A DNA stretch of 64,000 bases from positions 11,019,432 through 11,083,431 of the forward strand of contig NC_092679.1 of assembly GCF_964355755.1 (NCBI RefSeq), written 5' to 3'. Source of the stretch: Antedon mediterranea. Lineage: Eukaryota; Animalia; Echinodermata. The notes under the pieces were generated by a model, which was not told where the DNA came from, ran no database searches, and was given only the letters and a program-made list of their open reading frames with translations. The position numbers and the translations under genes were made by a program. This document shows positions 25,240-38,842 of the stretch, in pieces; position 1 is the first letter of the stretch; every line of letters begins with the position of its first letter.

Positions 25240-25832
25240 TACCTACATACCGCCTACTGTAAAATTCTTCAGATTTAGTCACCGGAAAGTGTGTTTCTTA
25301 ATTCTGTGTGTGATTTAGGCTAATTTCACTACAAGCATGTGTATGCAAGTTTGGTGTAAAGGTTATATAACCCGCCTTTCCACTAACAATTATAGCTTCA
25401 GCCGACTAACAATAGAACAGAAACGCGTAAAGCAAATGAGTGAATTTGAAAAGGAAATAGGGTTTTTAAACTACTCACATAAAAAAACTTTTACATTAAA
25501 TTTAATTATTTTTTTACCAGTACAAATCACAAAATATAATTCTTGCCTCTTGTACAAAAATGAAGTTTTTTGGACAAGTAGTTCTTGAGAAAATACAATT
25601 TAAATTTACTTGTTACTTTAAGACTGCTCACCAACTTTTGAAATTTCTTTTAACACTAGCAAGTCTGAAAATAATTTTAATTCGGATTGCCTCCAAAATT
25701 TAATGGGTGGTCCTTGACCACATATCTATCTGTATTTTCATTTTGGGAAAGATCTTGTAATTACTTTTTGAGTAATCCTGCTAACAAACAAACAAGCGAT
25801 CGATTACATATACCTCCTTGGCGGAGGTAAAT
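25240..25832 (+). mobile_element. Non-autonomous Helentron-like (HINE) element
   Basis: The 3' end has (aaac)n followed by the hairpin tacctccttggcggaggta. Its body (25650-25760) has a second partial copy at ~32140-32275. Confidence 0.55.
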
Positions 25833-25834
25833 AA

Positions 25835-27290
25835 TAAACCATGTATTCCAGACACTGATACATTATCAATTTGCTTATCAGATGATGGAAGTTTGGATGA
25901 GAACTATGTTCAAGAATCTGATTGTAGTTTGTCCGATAGTTTTTCAGATACTACAGTTTTATCTCCCAGAAAATATGTTGGCAGGAAACATATGTCAAAA
26001 AGAAAAAGGTTGACAGAAAGGATGATGAGGATGATATAGAAGAAATTTGCGTCATGACCTCTTCCAATCTACCTTCCAAGAGGGTTTGGGATCGTCAACA
26101 TTTCTGTGTTTTTTGTAATAAACAATTCTCTAAACTTGTCAGGCATTTTGAAAGGAGACATAGTGATGAGACAGAAGTTGCAAAAATCCTGCCTAAGAAA
26201 TCCAAAAAGCGATCTTTGATTTGGGTGTTGCTTACTAACAAAGGTAATCATGCCCACAAGCCATATTATCTGGAAATTTTGATAATGTTGTAGAGGCAGT
26301 AAGGCTTGTTTCAGGATATGACAGTACAGAAATCAAGTATAAAATGCCATCACTGGCCCTTAAACTTGGACACTCATTGAAGACGTTTTCAAGAATAGGA
26401 AGAGCAGATGCTATTCAATCTGGAAATTCTGACCTCCAGGCAAATGCTGAACAATTTGAACAACTTTGTACATTAGAATGGAAAGATGAAGTTTCTCATC
26501 ATGCTCTTACAACCCTCTACAAGGCAAAGTGGAACAAGCCAGGAATGGTACCTCTAGGTGAAGATGGAGTGGAGTTGGGGCTTGGTGGTTATGATGCTTG
26601 GCTACCAATCTTAGGGTCCTGGGTTCAAGTCCTGTCAGCAAAAAAAACATAGTTTGCTAGAGGATGCAGGTGAACCCTTTCTGGCTCCCTAACTAATAGG
26701 CCTTATAGCTATGCAAATCCAGATGACTACTGTCCATGTGCCGACTGGCCTGGGTTATTATATGTCAAAAAGAATTTTACAAACACAAATGCAAGCTAAG
26801 AGATCCAGATGCCAATAAGAAAGGCCAAAGAAAGCAGTACATTAAGACAGGAAGACTTCTCCTGCCTTCTCAAATTGATAATAGTTCAGTAATAGTCCAA
26901 CAGTTGTTGAGACGTCTCCAAACAGGGGTTATTTCATTAGTTATAAAAGGGGATCCGTTGATAATTGCGATGGCCGAGAAATTGTTTAGTAAACATGGCC
27001 ATAATCAAGAGCAATTTGACCATGTGCGTCAAACCTTGAGACAAACAGCTCGTCTTGTGCTTGAATACAGATGCATTAAGTGGAATCAGAATGGGTTAGT
27101 TGATCTTATAGATCCAAGCAAGTATGGAGATGTAATTATGTCAGTAAGGAGAGTAGCAGGGTTTGATCAGGAGACTCACCATTGTGAGAAACCAACTTCA
27201 GTTCTAAAGCTTGGGCATATGTTAAAGAAAGCAGCAATGCTAGTTGTCAGAAAATCATTAATCACTGGAGATGAACTAAATGTTACTATT
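25835..27290 (+). pseudogene. Fragments of a Crypton-like (tyrosine-recombinase-associated) transposon protein family
   Basis: C2H2-like HFCVFCNKQFSKLVRHFERRHSDETEV, NKGNHAH, PSLALKLGHSLK...WKDEVSHHALTTL..AKWNKP, and a second paralogous block PTSVLKLGHMLKK. The YR catalytic core is not present here. Confidence 0.5.
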
Positions 27291-27590
27291 AAAGCAAGGA
27301 CCATACCTCACCAGCCAAGTCAACTGCTACCCTACCTCCGACAAACTCACAGCATGAAGAACCACCAACCAACGCTCAACAAGTGGAAAAGTCAATCGAC
27401 CACGGGATCAGCATCACTACTCAAACGCCGCACCAAACCCCTGCAGACTCTACCACCAGCAATCTTGACAGAGACGACAGAGTCATTGCAGCCATCCTCA
27501 ACACCAGCTACTACAACGGCTACCGTCAGATGCTCTGGTCGCGTCCCTAAGCCACCTGTGTGGCACAAGGATTATAACATGACTTAAGTC
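27290..27590 (+). mobile_element. Gypsy pol C-terminal fragment
   Basis: Low-complexity tail ending RCSGRVPKPPVWHKDY, typical of Gypsy integrase C-termini. Confidence 0.45.
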
Positions 27591-28623
27591 TTTGTCCTAG
27601 TAGTACGTCAAAGACTGGGGCAGTGTTACGTACTTAGTTGAAAATACAAAGTACCGTTTTGATTTTACGACCATTTGGAAAAACACCTCACAATGCAATA
27701 TCTGTATAATAAGAATAGCTAATTTGGCACACATCCCATGTTGTTCCTTGAAGTCAAATTACCCTAGATAACAGCAACAACTCCTAAATTGAATGCATAC
27801 AAATCTGACCCAGGTCCTAGACTATTACCTAAATGCAATCGCTAAAAAAAATGATATGATATATTATGAATTGCTAAGGTACAGTATACTTAGTTAGTTA
27901 TAGTTTGAATGAAACTAACTAACGCACCGCATGTGGCGGTCCCACTTAAGTGTTGCTCGTGGGCCCCTGCACTGGATGCATTCTTGTTTTGGCATGATGA
28001 CGAAGAACGCCTAAACAAAGCACACAAACACACCCTAACAGAGTATCTAACGTACTATGCAACAGTGGATACGCCTGACTGATTCTAATAAATGCTACAC
28101 AAAGCCGGTGAACAGTCCCGGTATGTGAAACTCACTAAACTGTTGTTTTTATTTTTAGTGGTCTGCAGCTAGCACATCATGTTTTTATCTGAATTCTGCA
28201 GTGATACATGTTCATCAAAAACAAATAATTGTAAATACGGCACTGACTGGCAACCAGATTTACCAGAAGGCGAGGATGCTTCAACTCAAAATGCAATGAT
28301 GGAAGAGATGAAAGAAATGCATTTGTGTAAGATTTGGTCAGTGCTGTCAACAAACTGCAGGAAAAAACTTACCCTACCCTTAGATCCATCATAAATGGAA
28401 ATCATCCTTGAAGATATGACATTAATTCCTATTTGAACTTTTTGGAATATACACGCATTTCAATCGCTTAGTTGGAATTAATCTGCAGGACAAAATTATT
28501 CAAGCATTTGACTCAACGTGAACAACATAAGGGTACCATTTGCTCAAATTGAAAAAGCAAAGAAGGCAAAGGGGACCAGCGAACCAGAAGTTCTTGGAAT
28601 TATGTACCTAATCACTGCATATC

Positions 28624-29116
28624 TTGGAGAGAATGGATGTGACATGTTCAAATCATGTAGAATTTGCATACTATTCTGGTGGTATAGGACCACATGATGT
28701 GTGCTGTTTTTGTGGAGAAAGTGATGCAACCCGCCCACAGAACCTACTAGTTGACTACAAAGTAGTTTTGCCTGTTTGTGCTGCATGTGTTCATGATGGA
28801 AAAGAAAATCCAAAGTCGCACAAAAGGCACAAAGATTAAAATAGTTTTGTACTGTACTGTGAAAAATAAATACTTTAATATTCTAAAAATGGTGTGAAGT
28901 AGTTTTATTCTGTATCTTGTTACTAAACCTTAAGAATTCGGATAAATACACAGAAAGATAGCGAAGGATACAATTTTCAGTAACATTAAAAAAATTAAAA
29001 AAACCTGCCCCTCCCTAACAATTTCGGGCATATGTTTGTCTTGTGAACCTCTGAGGGCCCCTAATGATCAGCAATAGCTGGATGGATCACCCTCATATAT
29101 ATTTTTTTTTTTGGCC
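28624..29116 (+). mobile_element. 3' end of a DNA transposon (Zator-like) with a Cys-rich C-terminus
   Basis: CSNHVEFAYYS...DVCCFCG...VLPVCAAC, then a stop, AATAAA, and a terminus (T)n-GGCC followed by TAA, the same style as the 52820-54008 MITE. Confidence 0.4.
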
Positions 29117-30299
29117 TAATATTAGTACTATATTTGTATTAACATTTCAATGTATATGTAAAGATTAAGATTAGTAAAATGCAATGTTTAAATTGTAACA
29201 GCAAATTATATTGAATTATGTGTCATTGATTGTGTGTACACTACAGTTATTGTAGTAGACTACTGTTAACTGTCTGAAAACCTCCTAGCAAACATGGTTC
29301 ATTAACCACCACTGTGTTAGGGAGCAGATTGAGATCAACTGATAAGAGCCAAATGCACTAACACTAACATTAAATAGGCCAAAAAAACAAAACAAATTGT
29401 AATGATTTTAAATTAAACTCTTAAAAAAAAAAATTCTATTTCAGTATAATTGTATTGTTTTTATTGATTGTGATGTCATTTGCTTAGGCTAGTATTTGTA
29501 TTGTTACTTTGTACAACATCAATTGGTATGCTACCATTCTATTAATACAATTAAAGATTATGTCTCTTGAAGCAATAAAACCAATACAACATTACATATA
29601 ACTGAGGTACAGATTTATTTATGCAAAACAAAAACCTTGCTTCATACAAGCATTTTAATATCCAGAATCGCCAAACATTTGCCCATTAATCTTGCATAAA
29701 ATATTTATTATTGTTTACCGGCAGCCATTATTGGAATTACCACATCACACAAAAAAGGAGCATAATGTATACACGATTTTCAAATCATAAACTGCCATGA
29801 TGTCATTTTAGAAATTTAATCAAACATTTACTGGTAATTAAGTAAATCGGTACACTCTTCAGGAAGACTTTCAAGGGCATTGTACCAAATATATCCAATC
29901 TGAACAGTACTAAATGACTTTAGAAAAGACAATGTATTATATGAGATGACCTATAACTTGTACTTTTCTTGCAGTTTTTTTTAGGAATAATTGGTACAGT
30001 CAAGCAAAAACAGAAGACAAAAGTTAATGAGTCTGAGTAGCTTCCATCTACTTTTCGGCTTAAGACCATTATGTACATTGGTTTATTTTGTCACTGTTCA
30101 GTTTTCCCCCACAATAAGGTTTAAATCAGACTCTGGGAACAAAACATTTTTGATATGTTGTACTGTATAGAGACATTAGGTCAAACATTACAACATATCA
30201 AAACATTTTGTTAAAAACAGAAGAAAAAAAAACTAAATGCCAATATTTTGTCATTGATAAATGGACTAAAAGATTTTGAGTCGGAGTAGCTTCCATCTC

Positions 30300-30577
30300 A
30301 TCTCAAAAATATTTTTTAACGGTATATGTATACTTGTACTTAAAATGATTTACAGATATTTTGTGAATTAGTATTTATATACAGGTTTAAAATACAGAAA
30401 ATATGTTTATCAATTTTACACTCGTATCTGTAAAATTTACAGAGAAAACTGTATTCAACAGTAACATATTGTCTGTATATTCTTTTTACTTTTACAATTG
30501 CAATCACATATTACAGACGGTTTTGGCTAAGTTAACATGCATTTTTCTGTAAAAATACACAATTATTTTTTACAGTG
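30300..30577. mobile_element. EnSpm/CACTG-type MITE right end
   Basis: Repeated ttacag/ctgtaa motifs ending ttttttacagtg. Confidence 0.45.
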
Positions 30578-32930
30578 AAATATAACTGCATGTTTTTTTT
30601 ATAAAAGGGAAATCCCGGTCAGCAAAAACACGTAGCTGTTGTAGAGGAAAAACCTGCAAAAAATGTTTAATTGCCTTAAACAAACGTGTATATGATCATT
30701 TCACTGAATTATGTAATAAAAAAATGTATGGAAAACAATCATACATCATTACTGAATTGTCTATTTGACACCCTATGAATGCGTGTTTTATTTTTTATAA
30801 AAGGGGAATCCCAGTCAGCGTAGAACACACATGAAATCTACGATTAATTCGACCCCATAGCCCTCCTGCAGGCTTTTTGCATAAAACAGGGTATTCTTAA
30901 TTCAAACAATCTTATATACCAATAAAATGTACATAATGTTTTTATTGAGTCTAAATAGAAATAACTCTCTTAAATTCATCGATTGAAAATTTCAATTGTA
31001 TTTACGTTTGATGATCAAAACCAATCTTTTTCGACTGAATATGATAATTATCAACATAAATTACGATCCAGTTGAAAATCAAGTTTCAGCTTAAAGTTTG
31101 ATTACAACATCCAATCAGCGACTCTAACGCTGTGATGTGAGAGCGTGCGGGTACCCAACACAGCCGGCCGTTTTATGTTTTTTTTGTTCCCTCCATCGCC
31201 GGTCCGCCGACCAACCTCTTTCTCTCCTATCCTGCATACTGGTCAGACAAAATGAATGTGCCAGACCCAGACGAATTTCGATCAAAACTATCATCAGGTA
31301 ATATCCCTGACGAAGTAATAAATGTTTTAGAAGGCATGTAGGCCTACTGTAGGCATTCATTTTAAATTTATTTTTAAGCATATGAGCTACACTCTACTGG
31401 GCTGGGCACAGCATGCATGATGAGTAGGCTAAAAAGGCGCAGCCTAGTACTAGTAGGCCTAGGAGTGGGTAGTAGTACAGTTCGAGCGAGAGCGCACTCT
31501 GGTATGGTGCGGCTCAGGCGGCCGGCTGCAGATGATAGCGTGATGCGGCCGTGGTCGGAAAGTAGGCCTTACGGTGTAGTATGTAGGCGGTGACTCTAGT
31601 AGGCTAGCCTAGTAGAACTAAGCCTAGCCTAGATTGCCTACAGTACTACTACTACGCCTAGCCTAGTAGGCCTTAATTTTTTAGGCTTTTTTTTTTCATT
31701 AATTAAATTCCATCTAACGGCATCTAATAATTAATATTATAAAGACTAGACAAGTAGCCTGATCATGGCTGATGCGGCCTATCTAGGGCCAGGCCTAGTA
31801 GTAGACCTAATAACTACTTTATAGGAGGCCTACTACACTGTTAGTAGGTCTAAGGGTCTACAAAATGAAGTCTGATCTTATTAATCTTTACTGTCCATGT
31901 TTTTTGGGGGCAATGCATCTTTATTTAAATTTTTATATCTCTGAGTAAAACATATCTGTTCTTGTCAATCTTGACCAACCCATCCCTGCCTAAACTAGCC
32001 CAACATACTGTAGGCCTATAGGTCTTAGGCCTAGCTACTGCTATCACTCTTCTATGCTAACCTACTGTACAGTATAGGAAAGCAGTATAATTCTCGATAA
32101 AATACATTTTCAGTTTACTTTTGAAAACTGTTTCCTATCTTTTAACACTAGCAGGTCTGAAATAATACTAAAAAGTAGTCCAGAATTGGGACCCTGGTCC
32201 GGATTGCCTCCAAAATTTAATGGAGTGGTCCTTAACCACATATCTATCTGTATTTTCATTTTGGTAAAGATCTTATCTAGGCTGCTAAAGTTTTAATTCT
32301 TTCCAAGTTCATTTTGGTGATATATTGGTAAGTATCCCCTAAATGGGAGTATTCTCATTCAGGGGACAATAACCAACCTAAACCAACACAATTTTTGGGT
32401 CCTGAAGATTAACTGCAGTATAAAGCAAATGCATACGTGTTAGCCAAATTTTTCATTTTTAGTTGTTGTAAATTTAACCAAAAATATTTCATGTAGAATG
32501 TTAGTTCACTTTGATTCTTCCAAATTCATTAAAAAGCATCTTTATTTAGGGTTTGATTAGGTGTTTTTAGTTCCTACTGTAGATCTAGCCTGCTAACACT
32601 GAATATACTAAAACACACCCGCATTTCAGGATCTGTAGTCTAGGTCTAGGAGGAGACTGACTGTGATCACTTGAAAGCAACAGGGCAGAAGACACTTTGT
32701 ACAACGGTCAGGCTCTCTGTCAAAAAAACTTCTCCTTCATAAACAGTTTTGAGGTGAAAGCTCACTTTTAATCCATGGCATATGACGGTAAGATGTAGAG
32801 TGAAAAGTCTTCAGTAAACTTTTTTAATTAAATAACAAAACAGAAAAAAAATCCAACCGTAGGTTTTCTTAGCATATGTTGGTCAAGCTGGAGGGAACAC
32901 ATACAGTTGATAGATCTAATTGAAGACCTG

Positions 32931-33055
32931 CTATGATGAACATGCTGATCCATTTGACATCTTGCCAAACATGTTTTTATACATTTTTTTGGTTTTTTCC
33001 TCTTGATTAGCTAACTGTGACTCACATTTTGCAATATATTTCTTAATACCTGGAT
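32931..33055 (-). CDS. TTC9C: TTC9C-like TPR protein, coding exon 3 (last)
   Basis: Acceptor ttttcag. Translates (D)PGIKKYIAKCESQLANQEEKTKKMYKNMFGKMSNGSACSS*, matching the TTC9 C-terminal D..I.KY...Y..MFG pattern. Not in the ORF track. Confidence 0.85.
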
Positions 33056-34486
33056 CTGAAAATGAAAATAACAATACTATTACCATTTTGTCCGAAGCTG
33101 GAGGAAATAATAATAATAATTATCATAATAATCATGATTTAGTCTCACTATCAGTTGCAAATCATAGAAGCAATACCGTTTTTAGTGGTATTAGATACTA
33201 AATACTAATGACTTTATAGTTCTTGTTGCCAAGTAGACATGTTTGGTATCATGGTCACCGTCTAAGCGGTATTCAGTTTCCAAAGTGAGTCGGCCACATC
33301 CAAAGAATTGTCAATATAGCTCAGAAAATTGATTCAACCTATTTGTAGTTGCTTTTTGCTATTGGTTATCCGCACTTAATAATAAATCCTGGTTATTGTC
33401 AGGAACTTTTTAGTTAACACACTCCTTTAACTGTCCTGTTTCTTTTTTTTCTATTTCTTTCACTATTCTTCTTACTTTTTATCATTTTTGTCTTGCATAT
33501 CTCTAAAATTGTGAAAACATAAGATTTCATAACTTTGTCAACATATGGACATTTATCCTCAAGATTTTGATATTGTCTAGTTCAATCAATTATCTTTCAG
33601 ATGATTTACCATTTTTAAAATGTTGATGAACTCATCATGTTCATAAGCATGAATAACTTGGGTCACTTATTTTCAACATTACAGTAAATTTCAATATTTT
33701 ATAGGGCTCTCCTCAGAATAAAAAGTATATAAATACTCATGATTAAAACGTTTTCTGGTAGCTGTTGAATTGTAGATACGAATTCATGCACAAATTTTGC
33801 ATATGGCCAGTTGAATTATAAAAGTCGTATTTTCATATTTTTACGTTCATAGTTCATCACAGTTCATCATCATAGTTCATCACATTTAAAAGAGCGCGCA
33901 TCTATATTCTACGTATCCAAATTTTTTTTACACGTTAATATGTTGTTGCTCAGACAATTTTAAATCATTCCGAAAGAACATGTAATCATGAAGAATTTAT
34001 TCATCAATAAAATACTTTAGGCTGCAGTGGGGTAATCATTCATTATGGCAAATATAAATGCGCTTATCAATATCATTACAAAAATAGTAAATTAGATTGC
34101 AAGACTTTTTTACTTCTTTCCGTAGTACGATTTTTATTTAAAATGGTTCAGCATTATATTGTCAATTCTTCAGACTACGCATACGATTTTAACATTAAGA
34201 TTTGTTGCCGATACTGATATTAAATAAACAATTGATTGGCAACATTCTATAGAGGGACACAGGAAGAGACACAAGAGTTCAAAAGGTGTTTGTTTGGTAC
34301 CAAAGCTTTAATAGCAGGCAATTGCTTTGGGTAATCATTTGATCTCACCACCGATGCAAATCCTTGTGTTCATTATTCATGGTGATATTATTATACACAT
34401 GATGTTATTATTGATGACAGGTTTATGTTATAAATATTTTGTTTCCATGAGAAATTATAACCTGACTTCACTCTCTAGAAACATAC

Positions 34487-34675
34487 CAATTATGCCTTGT
34501 GAATGTTGCTTTGCTTGATTAAAACTTTCCAATGAAGCCATAAAGTTGTGTTTGTAATAGTAAGCTAAGCCTTGTCTGTAAAATGCTTTAACATTCTTTT
34601 TATCCAGTTCAGTAACAAATTTACTATATTCAATTATTCTGTCATAGTTAGGTTGTGTACCCTGCAGTAAACACA
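34487..34675 (-). CDS. TTC9C: TTC9C-like TPR protein, coding exon 2
   Basis: CLLQGTQPNYDRIIEYSKFVTELDKKNVKAFYRQGLAYYY. AG/GT boundaries; 189 bp, phase 1-1. Confidence 0.9.
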
Positions 34676-35326
34676 CTATGGAGGAAAAAAAATGTTTACA
34701 TTATTCTTGAAGTGGACAACAAAAACAATTATACAATAATAATAATAATCCAGTGTTATATCAAATAATTATGGTGACCTATGGAGTTATGTTTGCATAT
34801 CGTACGCGGCATACAACTCCATAGGTCTGAACCAGGAAAACATTAGTTGAAGCCACCTCTTATGACACTGATCTTTTGTTACGACAGCTCAAGGTACAAG
34901 ATTAGTAAACGACGCTTAGGATACACTACATGCATCAATGATTTTGACCTCTAACCAATCAAATTTACCAGATATCCGCCCAAATCGTTTCTAATGAAAG
35001 CATTAGTTAAGCAAATCTAAACACTTAAACAATATTAATTATAATATGACATTGCTTGTGATACAGAAGGATAACTCCATGGATCTGAACAAACACCGAG
35101 AAACTGAGAGATTGGAATGCTTCATTCATCACCAAGGAACACGTGTGTATAAACCTATATTAAATCTGTTAAAATAGTATTTTTTAAAGAAAGTTGGTTT
35201 GTCTTCAACATTATGATGCTGTACTCAACCTGTTTAACCGTTTTTCAGCTATTAAAAACAATTATCGTAGAAGGAGATAGGTAAATGAAAAGCATCCTTG
35301 TATTATTATATTCGGGTATTTTTAAG

Positions 35327-37002
35327 GGGATCCACTCAAGTCGCCCTATCGCAAAGTCGCCCAATACAAAGTCGCCTCAACGCAAAGTCGCCCTGGCACA
35401 TTCGCCCCATCGCAAAGTCGACCCAACGCAAAGTTTTTATTTCGGTATGGTATTTAAACCTTTATAAAGTGCCGCCGCTACAGTAGTATGCTGTTTTAAT
35501 CATATCGGTTGCGTTTTATATCGATCGCATTGTTACTTTGGTCGCCCTAAATGTCGTATACATTAATGTTTATCTTATTATATACATAATATGTGCTTTT
35601 TGAAAATCATTTAAAATATAATTCCTTGTTTTGAAAGTTTCTAAAAAGATTACCAGTGATTAAAAGTTTTGAAAATGTTAATATAATATGATTTTAAAAT
35701 TAGTTACCAGAGCCACAATTATATGAATCTTTCAAGTGTACACCAGCTCATTTTTGTAGGATAATATAATAATAATGTATAAATGTGATATCGTATAGTA
35801 GATTATTAAAAACAAACAGCGTTATGTAAGACAATGAGTGTTATAGGCTACTTATTGATCATTTTGCATTTATTGACAAGTATAATGTCTACTGTTATTT
35901 AATATTATTATGGTTTTGACTTATACTCATCGCCGATATGATCGTTTTACACGCAGGTATTTTAGTTATTTAGTAAAATTAAGACGCTACATTTTTACTA
36001 TGAAAAAACCATCATACAGTATCGTGTGCGTGTTTTAAAGGGGAATCCAAGGTCATCAGAAACACGTATCAGCCATAAGGCACAGCTCCGATTGGTTTCA
36101 GAAATTGTGAGTCGCCTTTAAATTAACAGCACAATGATCATTTTACTGAAATTCCTTTCAATCCTTTTGGTTATAAAACAATCTAATTATCATACCTTAT
36201 AAATATCCTTATACCGGGTGTTTATTTAATTTTAAATAAGGCCTAAACAAGACAGTGAAGCGGCACGAAATAATACGTACACGGACGTAAGACGAATACA
36301 CACACACGCACGTCATTATTTTTACGACATATTTGGTGGATGATGCAATTTTATATTGGATAATGATGGGATTGCCTTTACAAATTGTTTACAAATTGTC
36401 ATTTTTGACGGCACACACTAGACCTGTAAAATAAAAACAATTTAATTATTATTAATAAATATTCATCGAACAAAGTACAGTAAAAATAATTTAAATCACA
36501 ACATCATTTTATCGCGACCAAAATTAAACGCGACAGATTTAGAACGCAACCGACATCATCGTATAATTTGTTAAATTCCATAGATAATCTGTAATCATGT
36601 TTTCAAAGAATACTGTACATTATTACAATCTATTCTAATTCTTTATACACATTTTTGTTCATATGAAGCAGACAGGCCTGACAAAATTTGCATTTTTATT
36701 AGACATTTCATGTTTTTGAAAATTAAAGGCAAGCGCAAAAATGTTGGGACTTTACAGTATTCCCGATAGGCCTTTTGCTAGGATTTTGATTAGCATATAG
36801 CCTCCTGTAGATGAGGATAGTTTCTTCATGAACAATACAATGCATTGAATCTTAGATAACAATACCACACCTGTATATTATACATTAAAACTTAGATTAC
36901 ACTACACCTTTAACAAGACAATTAAAAGAAATAGTTGATGAAATCTTTAGGGGCGACTTTGTGTGGGGCGACTTTGCGATGGGGTGACTTTGCGATGTAA
37001 CA
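35327..37002. mobile_element. Non-autonomous DNA transposon with inverted arrays of CAAAGTCGCCC
   Basis: Five to six aagtcgccc repeats at the left end and inverted gggcgactttg repeats at the right end. TSD not resolved. Confidence 0.6.
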
Positions 37003-37417
37003 TGTAATTTTATTGTACAAATTTTGCCCTTACATAAATGTATAACAGATTACACACAAACATCAAATATTAAAAATATAAAATTCATTAAAAATATAAA
37101 ACCTTTAAAATCACAAGGAAAATTAGCAGCTATCTATTCAACAAATCCAGAGGCCTATTTATAAAAGCTATTGCAAAAAAAAAGAGAATGAGCGAAAGTA
37201 AGCACAATAAACCCTTAAACAAGATCTTTCTAGACATACCATTTTTATTCACATGGGTACATAAGAAATAGTATATTTTTAACCTCAAAGACAATACTTT
37301 TCGAAATGTCACGAACGTGTTCAAAAATGCTGTAACAAAATTCGCTTCATTGGGATACCTACTATTAATAACCAGGTAAGCATAAGTTAAGGTAAGCAGA
37401 AAATTGATAAGGAATAC

Positions 37418-38524
37418 CAGGGCTCGATTTAGTACTAGCCCGGCGTACAATGGCTAGTAAAAACAGCTCCGGGCTACCTAAAGTATCTTCCTTTAAGCCC
37501 GGATGGCTAGTAGGTTGTGGGAACTCGAAATTGGGACGAAATGACCTCATAAAAATAACTCCAGCATAAAAGACATATGTCTTGGCAACATCAGCAAAAA
37601 TACCACTCGCGCGCTGCTGTGGCCATAACAAGTGATGATGTAGGCGGAGCCTCTCACAATCAAGCAAATTTTCCGAATTATGATTGGCCATTTATGTTTT
37701 TGTCACCCAGGTTATTGTGAAGTAGGCGGAGCTTCATTATCAGGTCAAACGTGTCACAAAAATATGACCATAAATAACGAACTGTGATTGGCCAAATGTA
37801 GTAGAATTTTGTCAATGTTAAAAATAACTTGTCTAGTCTTGTCAGGCCTGGTTGTCACAGATCAAAGTTAGGGATATTTTGTAGGGCCGGGTGGCTGGCT
37901 CTATCCCTGTAGGTAGGCCATGGAGGCCATATTTTATAATATGCGTAGGCCTAGATAGAATCAAAAGCCATCGTTTGGCATCGTGATGGCTGCTCAGCAG
38001 CTAGGCCTAGCTAGATACTACCATTTTGGTAACAGTTGAGTAGAGTAGGCTAGGTGCTCCAATGCGATCTAGCTAGGCTAGGTAGGCCTACGTCTATCCT
38101 AGCTACCCTACTATAAATAATAGGCTCTCTAGGCCTAGCCTAAGGTAGACAGAATCTAATTAGTTTTCTTGGCTAGGTTGAAGCCCAACAACAAAAAGAC
38201 CTCAATAAATCGATTCTGTGAATATGGTGAGCATAAAATAGACTATGCGTCGCGACGCAAAGTTAATTTTTATAATGTGAACAATAAAGAAATACAATTT
38301 TGTGTAATTTTTCATGCAAGTATTTATGTAAATGTTTAGCAATTCTCGAGCGTTTAGATTAGTGCGCCCTCTATTGTACAAAATGCCTGAATTCATTTAT
38401 ATGGCGGCCCTGCTATCACGGTGCGATAATAAGAGTGGGCTAGTAAAATAATGTATGGGCTAGTGAAATCTACAGTGACCTAGCCCAGTGGGCTAGCAAC
38501 ATGAAAAAGATAAATCGAGCCCTG
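37418..38524. mobile_element. hAT-like MITE with 5-bp TSD (hAT5-type)
   Basis: TIR cagggctcgattta / taaatcgagccctg, with AATAC duplicated on both flanks and gggctag subterminal repeats. Confidence 0.8.
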
Positions 38525-38559
38525 AATACATACTGTATTTAAATGACACTGTTTTTTAC

Positions 38560-38842
38560 CTGATAAATTATTATAACATCCAATTTCAATGATCCTCATT
38601 TTCTCTTTCATTTCATCAGATATAACAAACTGGTCAGAAATTTGCAACATTTGTGTAAGAGGGTTTGCTTTCTGCTGCAGACTCTTTATGAACAGTAATG
38701 CACGATGGTACTTTCCTATTGCTTTTCTGTACTCTTTCTGTTTATATAATGTATTCCCTTCTGTTTTGTAGAGATCTGCTTGCATGATTTTTTCAGCTAC
38801 TGATGAAGGCAAAGATGTTCTACCTTCAAATATCTCAGTCAT
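38560..38842 (-). CDS. TTC9C: TTC9C-like TPR protein, coding exon 1
   Basis: KTEGNTLYKQKEYRKAIGKYHRALL...CYNNLS TPR. Donor GT at 38559, phase 1. The spliced CDS totals 597 bp (198 aa). A possible 5'UTR acceptor lies at ~38871. Confidence 0.9.
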
